Below are positions 25,544-35,838 of a DNA stretch of 64,000 nucleotides, piece by piece. The stretch's first letter is position 1. The number at the start of each line of letters is the position of its first letter. The position numbers were made by a program, and so were the translations under genes. This DNA comes from a virus. The notes beneath the pieces were generated by a model. That model was not told where the DNA came from. It worked only from the letters and a program-made list of their open reading frames with translations, and did not search any database. The stretch is taken from the IMG/VR virus record IMGVR_UViG_3300027708_000033, positions 32,001-96,000 of that record. One strand, written 5' to 3'.

Positions 25544-27100
25544 TTAGGCGGTTGGGTCCTCGTTAGACTTGATAACGCGGTCAACTGCATAGTCAGGGTT
25601 GAAGCTGATGTTTCCAGGAACGTTGTATCCAGTTGTAGTTGAAGTACCTGCTTGACCAGATGAAACAGAAGCACCTGCAAGAGCACTAGTGGTTGTAATT
25701 GCAGTACCACGTGTGACCTGTACGACAGCTGCAGTAGATGGAGTTTCAGTAGCGTTAGCAGTGTGAGTAACAGCAACAGTGAAGCTGTTAGTTGTTACTG
25801 CAGTAATTGCCGAAGCAGTCACATTGAACTGAGTCGCAGTGAATCCTGTGACGGTAACTAGCTGTCCAACTACCAAGTTGTGCGCAGTAGATGTGTAGAC
25901 AGCGGCGGTTCCAGCAGCGTTTTCAGTAGCAACTGTAGCTGATACACGACGAGCAACTGAGATACCGGCACCTGAAGTACCTGACAGAGCAGTGAATGTA
26001 CCGTTGAAGATGTTACGAGTCACAACTGCAGTAGCGCTGTTAACCAGAGTAGTGCTTACAGCTGTAGCATTTGCCTTCGCATAAGTGATGTCGTTTGTTG
26101 ACACCGTTGCAACACCGTAAGTACCGTCAAACGCGCTATCACCAATCGACACAATAATCTTGTCACCAACAACAACACCGTGTCCTGATGCAAGAGTAAG
26201 CGTCACAGTAGTTGTTGTAGCAACCTTGTTAGTAACCTGGTAAGTTGCGTCAGCATTTCCAACTGTCAGCAAGTCACCGACACTGTATGTGTGGTTAGCT
26301 GTAGTGTTCAATGTGATTGCACCAGCAGTAGTGATTGCTGTGTCCTTGAGGGTGTAGTTGATACCATCAAGTGAAGTAACAGCTGTGTACTCTGGGCTAC
26401 CAAGCTCAGTAACACCTTCACCAGAGTAGTTCCAGGTGTAGAAGCCCTTTAGACCTAGTGGCGCGTAAGAAGCACGTGCGTAAGAGTACGGACGCTCTGC
26501 CGCAGTCGGGAACTCCCAGCGACCGTCAATACCTGACTTGAACTGAATGTTTCCTAGACCGTAGCCTTCGAATGTGGTCGCAAGCATGCCGTTTTCGATG
26601 ACGCGGTCACCTGACTGGCGGAGCTTAGCGTATGGGAATACCCACTGGAAGTAAGGAAGCGTAGTAGCCTTCTTGCCATCCTTGATAGCCCATGACCAGC
26701 ACTCAATCGCTACACCGTAACCTGCTGGGTCATCGCCTACAGCTGGAGCTGCCCAACCGATTGACTGGTTGTTAGTTGATGCGAATGTTCCAAGGTTCTT
26801 ACGGAGGAGCAGACCACCTGAGATTAGGTTAGTAAGTTCTGGGTCTGGCTCACAGATAGCAAGTTCTAGCTTGATACGCTTTAGCGTGTCTGGAGACTTG
26901 TATGTAACGCAGACTGCGCCGTTCGCTGACTTCTCAGTGATTTCGTCGCCTTCTTCGTATTCTGGTGTGAACGAGACACGCATGAAAGCTGATGTCGTGT
27001 AGCTGTCACCAGGTGAATTTAGTAGGTTACCAGAAGAATCCAGACGAGTGACGCGAATTGACACACCCTGGATGCTTGCTGCATAGTCTTGAGTAGGCAT
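25544..27100 (-). CDS. Major tail (tube) protein with C-terminal beta-domain appendage
   Basis: SIRVTRLD..G, VSFTPEYEEGDEITEKSANG..C, ICEPDPEL, WVFP; then three E1-FCCH-like units. Confidence 0.85.
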   Translation of the reverse strand: MPTQDYAASIQGVSIRVTRLDSSGNLLNSPGDSYTTSAFMRVSFTPEYEEGDEITEKSANGAVCVTYKSPDTLKRIKLELAICEPDPELTNLISGGLLLRKNLGTFASTNNQSIGWAAPAVGDDPAGYGVAIECWSWAIKDGKKATTLPYFQWVFPYAKLRQSGDRVIENGMLATTFEGYGLGNIQFKSGIDGRWEFPTAAERPYSYARASYAPLGLKGFYTWNYSGEGVTELGSPEYTAVTSLDGINYTLKDTAITTAGAITLNTTANHTYSVGDLLTVGNADATYQVTNKVATTTTVTLTLASGHGVVVGDKIIVSIGDSAFDGTYGVATVSTNDITYAKANATAVSTTLVNSATAVVTRNIFNGTFTALSGTSGAGISVARRVSATVATENAAGTAAVYTSTAHNLVVGQLVTVTGFTATQFNVTASAITAVTTNSFTVAVTHTANATETPSTAAVVQVTRGTAITTTSALAGASVSSGQAGTSTTTGYNVPGNISFNPDYAVDRVIKSNEDPTA

Positions 27101-27118
27101 TTACCTATTCTCCTTTTG

Positions 27119-28264
27119 TTAGTTAGTCAGCGTCAAGTCGACCTTGACGCCTAGGTGGATGGATGTATCAAAGTAAACTGCGGCTGCCCGAGTCGCCTTG
27201 ATTCTCATGTCATTCTTGTTGCCAGTGACGTCATAGCCTTGAGCTAGGTTGTCATTTACCACGTCTGGTTTTCCGAGATAGACTCGAACTTCACCTGACG
27301 CGTAAATCCATTTGTAGCGGCTATCCGCCTGCATTTGAGCTGTTCCGCCTGTGGACGCTACTGATGTTACATCTGTTGCTGTTTTAGCGTAGTTGATAGT
27401 TTTTCCAGCAGTACCAGTTGTTGTTGTATAAGTACCATTGAACGTAGCGTCAACACCTGTGACAATTACAGTGTCACCTACGGCAAGTCCGTGGTTGTTT
27501 GCTGTAGTAAGTGTCACAACGTTTGAGGCAAGAGCCTTATTAGTAACGTTTACAACTGGTCCGTTACCTGAATAGCCAGAGCCGACTACTAGTGGAGTGC
27601 CACCAAATGTTTGTAGATGCTGACGAAAACCTTTAGAATCGTAGGTATCAAATACCATTTGATTGTAAGAACTAAGAACAGCGGCAGTGTCGCGAGTCAT
27701 GTGAATCCAACCCTGCTCACCGCCAGAAGAGTACTGACCGATTTGATACTCAAGAACACTAACGCCGTGCTTTACTGAGATTGCAGCACCGTTTGTTGCA
27801 GGGTCTGCGACTGCACCGGCTGAGGTACGTCCTGGAAGAATGGTGACAGATGCACCTTTTGTAAGATACGGGTTTACAAGGTCTGTGCCTGTTCCTTGAA
27901 GTGCAACCGAGCCGTCCCAAAGTTCTAGCTCAACAGCTTTCTGTGTGCAACCTTCTAGCTGACGAATAACTCTAGCGAAACGGTCTACACCAGGAGCGCC
28001 GAATGTAGAGGCGTAGTCTTCTGCCTCAATAAAAAATGGTATGTGGTAACTGTACCTAGCAGCGCCAGGATTATTGTCTACAACGTATGAAGTCGTGCTT
28101 GTTTCGTCCCAGTTACGGACGTAGTTAGGAGTGGTCTCCCACTGTTGGTAAAATCCGCGAACCCACTTTTCTTCTTCTTCTGGATTTTGTGGTTCGAAGA
28201 TAGAAAATAGCCCAAAGGCGGAAGGAACGATTTTCGGTGCATCAAAACTGCCATCGAACGCCAT
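27119..28264 (-). CDS. Second capsid protein (major capsid pentamer-like) with one beta-domain insert
   Basis: Directly after major capsid; QKAVELELWDG, GWIHM, L.T..GTPLVVGSGY, WIYASG.V, N....A.R. Assignment partly by synteny. Confidence 0.7.
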   Translation of the reverse strand: MAFDGSFDAPKIVPSAFGLFSIFEPQNPEEEEKWVRGFYQQWETTPNYVRNWDETSTTSYVVDNNPGAARYSYHIPFFIEAEDYASTFGAPGVDRFARVIRQLEGCTQKAVELELWDGSVALQGTGTDLVNPYLTKGASVTILPGRTSAGAVADPATNGAAISVKHGVSVLEYQIGQYSSGGEQGWIHMTRDTAAVLSSYNQMVFDTYDSKGFRQHLQTFGGTPLVVGSGYSGNGPVVNVTNKALASNVVTLTTANNHGLAVGDTVIVTGVDATFNGTYTTTTGTAGKTINYAKTATDVTSVASTGGTAQMQADSRYKWIYASGEVRVYLGKPDVVNDNLAQGYDVTGNKNDMRIKATRAAAVYFDTSIHLGVKVDLTLTN

Positions 28265-28304
28265 GGTTTTCCTTTATCTATAAAATCTAAGATTCTTATT
28301 GTCA

Positions 28305-28328
28305 GGGTGACCTCCGAAGAGGCCACCC
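28305..28328 (-). terminator. UUCG-capped hairpin between the two capsid genes (no U-tract)
   Basis: - strand GGGTGGCCTC-TTCG-GAGGTCACCC. Confidence 0.55.
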
Positions 28329-28349
28329 CAACAAAAGAGTTTTGTTCGA

Positions 28350-30650
28350 CTATAGGTCGAACGATGCTGCAGAAGCAGACGGTGTTACAAGAGCTGCGGC
28401 AGCTCCAGTTACGTTGATGGTTGAGGTAACGACTAGAGATTCGATACCGACCTTTGCAACGTTCTCGAATGTTTCGATGAACATCTTGTAGTCGTTGGTG
28501 CCAACTAGGGTGCTGTCACGGATGATTCCAAGGTCTAGGTTTCCGCCGTCTAGGAACAAGAATGTACCTTCAGCGAACAAGAACCAGCGGAATGTGTCAG
28601 GGAACTCAAGCATTGCACCGGCGCTTTGGGCACCGAATACACCGTTGTTTGAGCTGTCATCTAGGTGAACAACAACGTCAACGTTTAGAGATGACATGAA
28701 GCCTTCAATCTCTGCTCTTGATGCAGACAGAGTACCGTCACCTGGCATTGCCAAGGTTAGGTCAGCTGCGATAACATCTAGAACCCATGCCGGCATGATT
28801 GCCTTCAGACGAGTCTGAGGGTCAAGACGGTGGCGTGAACGGTATGCTGCACATGCGCGACGTACCTGAACTAGGAAGTCACGAGCAACACCGAAGTTGT
28901 TAACTGATGTGACTGCAGTAGAACCGGCAGTAATCTTCGCTAGCAAGTTGTCCTCTGCCTCACGAGCGTGCTGTACTAGAGCAAGTTCGTTGTGACGAGC
29001 AATCAACTCTGGGTAAGCACGAGTAGCCAAGTTACCAAACTGTAGCTGTAGTGTTACAGCGTCAGTTGCAACAGTGGTTTCAGTAGCTGCAGATACAGTG
29101 TATGAACCTTTTGTTGTAACTGGAGTAGCTGTACCAGCTGCTGTTGTAGTACCAGTGATGTCAGCAACACCTGTCGATGAGAACGAGATGCTTGTTGTAG
29201 TCGAGTCAGTGACAGTAACACCCTTTAGAGCAGCTAGGTTAGTGATACCTGTGGTACCAGCAAAGTCAACCTTTGCACCTACTGGAATTGTGTTGCTTGT
29301 TACTGTAATCGTGTACTTACCACCTGAAGCAGCAGCTACTGTCTGAGTAGGAACTACCAATGCAGTTGCACCGTTGTAACCGTACTGGTCGATACCTGAT
29401 GTCCAGATACCTACAGCACTGTCGTATGTGCTACCTGCGAAGCTAGGTGGAACGATGAAGCGGATACCGCCACGGTCAGCCTGGAAGCGTGGCAAAGAGT
29501 CACGAATTGGGCGGATTGTGGTAGAACCGATTGCAAAGATGTCATACTTTACTTCGAACGGAGTAGAGATACCACCAGAAGCGATAAGTGCCTCAGGTCC
29601 TGCTACTGCCTGAATCTTAGTCCAGTTTGATTCTGCATCGGTTGTCAGAGTGCGTGCCTCTGGGTACGAGGTGGTGAAGGATGCAACGATATGCTGCTCT
29701 CCGTCTCCTCCGTTGACACGGCGAAGCGAGTGGATACGCTTTTCCATAGCTGATGCTACTTCGCTCAAGTTGTCGATTGTGCTGCCGGCTGTGTAGCCAG
29801 GGATGTCGGCACCAGCGGTAATTGCTACTGGATTCTTCTCTACTACCTGAACTACAGGCTGACGGTCAGCTGGAGCCTCGAAAGGCTGTTCTGCTGTGGC
29901 GGTCACTGGGGCCTGCTCTTCCTGCTGAACTTCTTCAGCAATTGTGGTTTCTTCTGGGTTTGTTTCTTCGGCAGACGCAGTTACTGCGGCTTCCTCAGCG
30001 GCTGGGGTCTCAATAACCTCAGCAGTGGTTGTTGTTTCGGTCGAAAGCTCTAAACCTTCTACCACAGTAGCAGACGCTTCGATGGATTCGACTGAGGCTT
30101 CAGCAGGATTTTTGTCCTTCTTGTCCTCAGTAGTCTCTTCCTCTGGAGTCTCCTTAGCCTCTTCCTCTGGAGTACCTTCCTCAACCATGCCAGGCTGTTC
30201 AGCTGGCATATCTGTTGGGGTTTCTACTACAGGGGTTTCTTCGGCCGGAGCCTCGGCGGGAGCGTCTTTAGGAGTGCCTTCAGCCATAGCTGCTTCATCA
30301 GCGGCTACATACTCGGCAGCAACTTTTTCAGCTGGGGCGGCGTCCTCTACAGGAGCCTCCTCGGCAGGAGTTGCTTCTCCATCAACATTTCCATCTTCGT
30401 TTCCCTTTACGCGATCAGCTGCAGCGGCTGCCTGTGTGGCTAGCTCCTGTGCGGCTGCTTCGCGACGCTTTGATTCGCCCTTGCAGGCGTCAAGCATATC
30501 GGCAAGCGATGTCATAGCGTCAACTGACTCGGCAGTTGGGTCAGTGCTTGAGACTGAGTCGAACTCGGCGACAATTGACTGCTGCAGCTCGGCGATTTGT
30601 TCATCGCTTAGCTGCGACAGGTTGTCGACCTGTGACTTAATCTGGTCCAC
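28350..30650 (-). CDS. Major capsid (hexamer-like) protein with N-terminal acidic scaffold-like region
   Basis: RBS AAGGAGG; helical then E/P/A-rich N-term; AITAGADIPG, ALIASGG, RPIRDSLPRFQADRGGIRF, GTFLFLDGG.LDLGIIRDSTL..TNDY..F.ETFE. Confidence 0.88.
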   Translation of the reverse strand: MDQIKSQVDNLSQLSDEQIAELQQSIVAEFDSVSSTDPTAESVDAMTSLADMLDACKGESKRREAAAQELATQAAAAADRVKGNEDGNVDGEATPAEEAPVEDAAPAEKVAAEYVAADEAAMAEGTPKDAPAEAPAEETPVVETPTDMPAEQPGMVEEGTPEEEAKETPEEETTEDKKDKNPAEASVESIEASATVVEGLELSTETTTTAEVIETPAAEEAAVTASAEETNPEETTIAEEVQQEEQAPVTATAEQPFEAPADRQPVVQVVEKNPVAITAGADIPGYTAGSTIDNLSEVASAMEKRIHSLRRVNGGDGEQHIVASFTTSYPEARTLTTDAESNWTKIQAVAGPEALIASGGISTPFEVKYDIFAIGSTTIRPIRDSLPRFQADRGGIRFIVPPSFAGSTYDSAVGIWTSGIDQYGYNGATALVVPTQTVAAASGGKYTITVTSNTIPVGAKVDFAGTTGITNLAALKGVTVTDSTTTSISFSSTGVADITGTTTAAGTATPVTTKGSYTVSAATETTVATDAVTLQLQFGNLATRAYPELIARHNELALVQHAREAEDNLLAKITAGSTAVTSVNNFGVARDFLVQVRRACAAYRSRHRLDPQTRLKAIMPAWVLDVIAADLTLAMPGDGTLSASRAEIEGFMSSLNVDVVVHLDDSSNNGVFGAQSAGAMLEFPDTFRWFLFAEGTFLFLDGGNLDLGIIRDSTLVGTNDYKMFIETFENVAKVGIESLVVTSTINVTGAAAALVTPSASAASFDL

Positions 30651-30768
30651 TGTTCCTCCTTAGGACAGTTGTCGTGAGTGGATTTCACTCACTTGCTGTT
30701 GGTCCAAAGTAAAGGGACTCCACACATTTGCGTGCAGGCACTCCACCCTGTTTTTTATTGTATATTGC
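30651..30768 (-). promoter_or_regulatory. Capsid gene promoter and structured leader
   Basis: - strand TACAAT (30757-30762); hairpin GTGAGTG-AAATC-CACTCAC inside a GGAC..GTCC stem just before AAGGAGG. Confidence 0.5.
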
Positions 30769-30770
30769 TT

Positions 30771-33700
30771 CTAAGTTAGTAATCGGAGCATTTTGCTGAG
30801 TTCAGCAGAGATGTTGCTCTGCGTCATCAGCTGTCCGCCAGATAAATAACTTTGAAGCCCTGCGGTTGCCTGGTCGGCTTCCTTTTTGCCAATACGCTTT
30901 TCCACGCGTGCCATCATGTCCTTAGTCAACTTCTGCAAAGGAGCTGGCAAGTCAGTGAAACGCATCTTCTTAGTATCATGGCCGAACGGCAATGGCGAGT
31001 TTGCCACCGCAGTTCCAAGTTGTGCAGTTGCCAACTGAATGTTTTCCAGCGAGTCCCTGTTTAAGGCACCGGTTTCCATCCTGTGGACAGTGTCCATAAG
31101 CTGAGATGCTGCACGAGCCGAGGCAACATAATGCCCTGAATCGTGCAACTTCTCAACTCTTTCTGCAAGTTTTTGCTCATTAGTTAGGCCTGCAGCACCA
31201 AGAGAATCCTTGAGAACTGCTAATACCTTACGGAACTTACCCTTTGAGTCACGCGGCTGAGTCTCGAAGGTGTACTTAGTACGACCTTCATCTACTGGCT
31301 CAGCCGCGAATGCTTTTCCCAGGCTCTCCTGGGCAGCTGCAACTCGTGCCTTTAGGTCACTAGCGCTTGCACGCAATGAATCCTTTGCAGTTGGGCTCTT
31401 CCAGTTGTCTGGAATAAGTTCTGGCTTTTTGAGTTCGTTAGCTCGCTTGATGATTAGGTCCTTTACAGCCTTTTCCTTTCCAACTGGTGCACGACCGTAC
31501 GCATGAATTGCGTTCTTTAGGTCTGCCACGTTGCGGATTGGATAAGAGCCGTCTGGCATTGCGTGACCTTTATCAGCAAGCTTCATACGAGTCTCGTGGT
31601 TGATTACTTCAAAGTACGCCTGGCTGTTCACACGGGTAGCCAATTCTGCTGCTTTTGCAGCTAAATCTGCTTTGCCACCAAACTGCTCTAGAGTCTTGAT
31701 TCTGGCAGCCAATTCTGCGATTGGGTCTGACTTCATCTTGGCAAGTGTAGCTGCGCCTGCAGCAACTAGAGCCATAACTTGACCAGATGCGACACGAGCA
31801 CGAGCAATCGGGAAGCCTGGCACGTTGACCTGGCAGACTGCAACTAACTCTAGTGAACCGCGGATTGGACGCCAGTCACCTGACGGTGCTGATGCACGAA
31901 TTGCACGAATCTGCTCTGGTGTAGTGCCTGGACGTAGTGCTCCAGATACCCAGATTCCGTGAGCATCTTCGCCTGCAGAAACATCAGCAAACGATGACGC
32001 TGTGTCATCATAGTGCTTTACTGCCTCGGCTGCGCTAGCTTCGATTGAAGCGTGTCCGCCTGACAAGGTAAGCTGACCGACAGGAACATCGACACCTTCC
32101 TCGGTGCGGCATACGCCGGTGTGGAAATAAGCGTAGTTACTTTTGCTACGCGGTGGACGAGTGCCGAAGGCCATACCGATGTGGTCCACGTGCCAAGCTG
32201 CAATGTGGCCATAGACACGGCCGTCATCGTCAACGGTAAGAGGAGTAGGCTTGTTCAGCTTTGGATTCTCAAACCAGCTTTTTGGTGGGTTCATCGGAAT
32301 AGCGCTAGCCGTGTATCCACAAGCCACAAGAGCTTCTGCATCCAAGGCATCGACGTCGTCAACATAGATTCCGTCTGGAATCATGCTGTCCTCCTGATTG
32401 TTGTTTTGTTCTTCGTCATCGGCGATGACAATCTTGCATTCCTGGAATGCAGGCTTAGGTACAATCGTCACGCCCATGATTCTGGCTTTACTGACAACTA
32501 TAGGATTTGCTACTATTTGTTCGTCTCTAGGCTCTTCAGAGCTTTCTTCAAGAGACTTAGACTTCTTTTCAGTTGCTTCAAACATGTCCATATCTGCTGA
32601 AACTCCACGAAGGAACCCGTTACGTACTAAACGTTCAGCTTCACGACCGTAAGCTCCACTGTCGAAGACACCATAAGCGTTTCCAATTCCCTGCTCAGTT
32701 CTTTCCATGTGGTCAATGCGACCAACTACTACTGAGCCTTGGTGGCCGTCAGCTGTTTTGATTTGCCACATTAGTGGAAGTGGGAGTTCACGAGTTGTGA
32801 TGGAATCTTTTGTAAAGCTGCGACCATCGCCAGACTCCACGCCCTCTGGAATCACAAGTGGGATGCTGAACTTAGAACCGTTCATTCCAGCAGACGCAAT
32901 CATGCCTAAGCGTTCCATACTTCGGTGAGCTTGAGCGTTCAACTGAGAAATCTCCATGACTTCATCAAAGCTTCTGACAGATGCTTCCATCCTGTGGTGC
33001 TGCTGTGACCCTGTCCACATGCCTGTCATCTCATGATGACGAAGTGCGCAGTAGCCCTTGGCACGAGTTCCAAGGTACTTAGATAGATGTCTAACACAGC
33101 GAGTCCAGTCACCTGGAGTGTTCCAGCGGATTTTAGCCCCGCCCTTACCAACTGTCCAATAACGGCGAAGGTCTTCTGCGCGACCACGGTTGCGGTCCGC
33201 ACCGCCTGCTGCAGTCATAGCACTCTTGCAACCTTCATCCTGAAGAAGCTCTTCGATTTCAGGTTCTGGAGTCCAGGCATGGTCGTATGCTTTATCTGTT
33301 TCAGCATGAATGTCATCGATAGTCATGAGCATGTCTTTGTCAGTGACCACTGTAGGAGTGCCGTAGTTCTTAGTTAGAACTTCTTCCATGATGAACTCTG
33401 TCACCTGGTTGTGCTTTCCACGGACAAGTTTAGCGTGAGTTGATGTGTACATGCCAGTTGCTTCCTTGTGGCGAAGCTGACAGTAACCCTTTGCGCGTAC
33501 GCCTAGGTACTTTGATAAATACCGAACGCAGCGCTTCCAGTCTCCACCCTGACCCCAGCGAATCTTTGCGGCACCCTTACCGCGAACCCAGTATCTACGT
33601 AGTTTTTCAGCATTGCCTCTATTTTTATCAATGTTGTGAGCACTAGGTGGACGAGCACCTGCGTACAGTGCATCTAATTCATCTTCACTGCGTGCAGCGG

Positions 33701-35837
33701 CAGCAAGAATAGCAGAAGGGTTAGGGCCAAATAGAACCATGAGAACCAAGTCAGGTGTGTATGCCGATGCAGTTACGCTGTCAGTTTGCTGTAGTACTGA
33801 AACTAGTGATTCATTGTCAAGCGGCACAACCGGTGGAGGAGTTGCTGAACGAAGGTCGTCCATGATTTTAGGATTACGGACCCACTTCTTGTCTTCGCGG
33901 GTGAACGTCATCGGCTCTGGATTTTTGGTGCTGACAGGTACAACAGCGACAACATCCATAACTGCTCGTGGGTCGTCAGGTGATACACAAGCCAAGAACA
34001 GTGGCGGAACGTCACTTGTTTCTGGAGTGATTAGTACGTTTGCATCTTTTGTGACTGCAGTAGGTTCGCCTGCGCCGGTAACTGGCTGGTACCAAAGAGC
34101 ATTAGGACTTGTAGTTTTTCCGCCTTGTGTCACAGTCTTGTTTAGCCACTTTGTCAGCATTGGATGCTTGTAAGCGTCTAGGACTAGCTTGCTACCAGTA
34201 AGATTTTGAAGTTTCTTTGCGAATGGAGAGTTTTCCATCGGAGTGACATCTAGTGTGTTACCAGGTGTCTTGGCATTAGGAGTTATACTCTTTAGAGGAG
34301 CAATCTCACCTTTCTGCGGTGAGTTAGATTCTGGATACGGTGCAACTGAGCCCTGGCGCTGTTCACTGACCCATGAAGGCCAGTCAGCGATGATTCCTGA
34401 GATGTCTTTAGGTGTAAGAGCAGGAAGTGTTCCAGGTATAGTTGCTTCACCCTTGTTGCTAGGAGTCCTAGGCTGGCCTAAAATACCAGTGGTGTCTAGC
34501 GGTTGCTGTTGCTGTTGCTGAGGGGTAGCCTGGTCTGTGGTTCCAGTAACATCTGCACGCTTAGTTGTGTTGATTGGCACTATCGAGCTTGTGCCATCTG
34601 CATGCTTTACTGTCGCCATGCCATTTGCTTTATCAAGTGATGTGATTACACCAGGCTTACCGCCCTTGATGGTTACACTAGAACCGGCTGCAGCAAACTT
34701 TCCACCAGCGTCACGCTGTTGCTTTGATGCATTCTGTCCACGTTCTTCAGTGGTGTACTTTCCATCACCAGCAGTCTGACCTGCAGGCGCTACAGTCACA
34801 GCGGCAACCATTGTGTAGTCTACCATTGCTAGGTCAATTTCACCTGCAGCATTCTCAGCTAGAGCAGCTTCATGAGCATCTAGGTCATGTACTGAAACAC
34901 ACTTGTGAGGGTTCTGCTGTAGCATTGCTGAAATAATGACTGCCGAACCTGGGTCAATTGTGAAGTAATCCTTATCGACCAAATCGTAAGGGTCATCAAG
35001 TGCTTTATCATAGGTGTAAATGTCGCCGCTCAGGTGGCCTAGGTCGTCCCAGGTTCCATCGTCCCAGATGTAAACTTGCCCGTCTGTATCTACTTTGTAG
35101 AGACGGTCCATACCTGAACCGTCCATGCGAACACGAACTAGGAACTCAGGAGCGTCTACATCGTTGTAGCCGTTTTCAGCATCTATAGCCAGCTTGAAGT
35201 CGTCTATTTCAGCGTCATAGAGTTCTTCTGTTTCATACATTCTAGGTTGCGCATAGTAGTCATTTAGTGCATAGCCGTCGGCAGTTAGCGCCTTCTTGTT
35301 CTCACGCTCAACGATACTCTTAGACCAGCGCCAGCCGGCGTCTCCGCCCCATAGAGCCCATGCGATACGTCCGTTAGAAGGAAAGTTAGGTTCTCCAGGC
35401 TGGTAGCCTTTACCCTTTTTATCTACTTCATGACGAGGAAAGTACTTTGCAATGTGGCGAATCTTTTCAATACCAATTTGCCCACCTTTAGCGAGGGTGC
35501 GAGCTGTGCTCAAACCAACAGGCGTGCCTCCACGGTGGTGCTCCTTGTGCCACTCTAAAGACTTCTTTGCCTCATCTTGGACAGATGAAGGAATCGTATA
35601 GAGCCTGCCAGATGCAGTGATTACCTTTATGTTCAGTGTTGATAATGCTCCATTAGCCAGTTCTATAACGGCTTCACTGACTGTGCAAGTTTTCTTGTCG
35701 CTCCACTTGCGTTTCTTTTTCATAGCAGTAGTTAGCCCGCTGTCTACGATTACGTTTAGGTCGGTGTCTACAATGACAGAGTTCTCACCGTGTTGAATCA
35801 GAGTGAGAGCGCCATCGTAACCGATGATTTCTGGCAT
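30771..35837 (-). CDS. Capsid maturation protease polyprotein (~1690 aa)
   Basis: HK97-type protease at ~32430-32880 (EG.ESGDGR, GH.GSVVVGRI, GVSAD, GVTIVPKPAF); GHIAAW..HI..SGDWR..V..PGFP domain; several extra modules. Start moved to MPEIIG at 35837 (RBS AAGGA). Confidence 0.85.
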   Translation of the reverse strand: MPEIIGYDGALTLIQHGENSVIVDTDLNVIVDSGLTTAMKKKRKWSDKKTCTVSEAVIELANGALSTLNIKVITASGRLYTIPSSVQDEAKKSLEWHKEHHRGGTPVGLSTARTLAKGGQIGIEKIRHIAKYFPRHEVDKKGKGYQPGEPNFPSNGRIAWALWGGDAGWRWSKSIVERENKKALTADGYALNDYYAQPRMYETEELYDAEIDDFKLAIDAENGYNDVDAPEFLVRVRMDGSGMDRLYKVDTDGQVYIWDDGTWDDLGHLSGDIYTYDKALDDPYDLVDKDYFTIDPGSAVIISAMLQQNPHKCVSVHDLDAHEAALAENAAGEIDLAMVDYTMVAAVTVAPAGQTAGDGKYTTEERGQNASKQQRDAGGKFAAAGSSVTIKGGKPGVITSLDKANGMATVKHADGTSSIVPINTTKRADVTGTTDQATPQQQQQQPLDTTGILGQPRTPSNKGEATIPGTLPALTPKDISGIIADWPSWVSEQRQGSVAPYPESNSPQKGEIAPLKSITPNAKTPGNTLDVTPMENSPFAKKLQNLTGSKLVLDAYKHPMLTKWLNKTVTQGGKTTSPNALWYQPVTGAGEPTAVTKDANVLITPETSDVPPLFLACVSPDDPRAVMDVVAVVPVSTKNPEPMTFTREDKKWVRNPKIMDDLRSATPPPVVPLDNESLVSVLQQTDSVTASAYTPDLVLMVLFGPNPSAILAAAARSEDELDALYAGARPPSAHNIDKNRGNAEKLRRYWVRGKGAAKIRWGQGGDWKRCVRYLSKYLGVRAKGYCQLRHKEATGMYTSTHAKLVRGKHNQVTEFIMEEVLTKNYGTPTVVTDKDMLMTIDDIHAETDKAYDHAWTPEPEIEELLQDEGCKSAMTAAGGADRNRGRAEDLRRYWTVGKGGAKIRWNTPGDWTRCVRHLSKYLGTRAKGYCALRHHEMTGMWTGSQQHHRMEASVRSFDEVMEISQLNAQAHRSMERLGMIASAGMNGSKFSIPLVIPEGVESGDGRSFTKDSITTRELPLPLMWQIKTADGHQGSVVVGRIDHMERTEQGIGNAYGVFDSGAYGREAERLVRNGFLRGVSADMDMFEATEKKSKSLEESSEEPRDEQIVANPIVVSKARIMGVTIVPKPAFQECKIVIADDEEQNNNQEDSMIPDGIYVDDVDALDAEALVACGYTASAIPMNPPKSWFENPKLNKPTPLTVDDDGRVYGHIAAWHVDHIGMAFGTRPPRSKSNYAYFHTGVCRTEEGVDVPVGQLTLSGGHASIEASAAEAVKHYDDTASSFADVSAGEDAHGIWVSGALRPGTTPEQIRAIRASAPSGDWRPIRGSLELVAVCQVNVPGFPIARARVASGQVMALVAAGAATLAKMKSDPIAELAARIKTLEQFGGKADLAAKAAELATRVNSQAYFEVINHETRMKLADKGHAMPDGSYPIRNVADLKNAIHAYGRAPVGKEKAVKDLIIKRANELKKPELIPDNWKSPTAKDSLRASASDLKARVAAAQESLGKAFAAEPVDEGRTKYTFETQPRDSKGKFRKVLAVLKDSLGAAGLTNEQKLAERVEKLHDSGHYVASARAASQLMDTVHRMETGALNRDSLENIQLATAQLGTAVANSPLPFGHDTKKMRFTDLPAPLQKLTKDMMARVEKRIGKKEADQATAGLQSYLSGGQLMTQSNISAELSKMLRLLT

Positions 35838-35838
35838 G

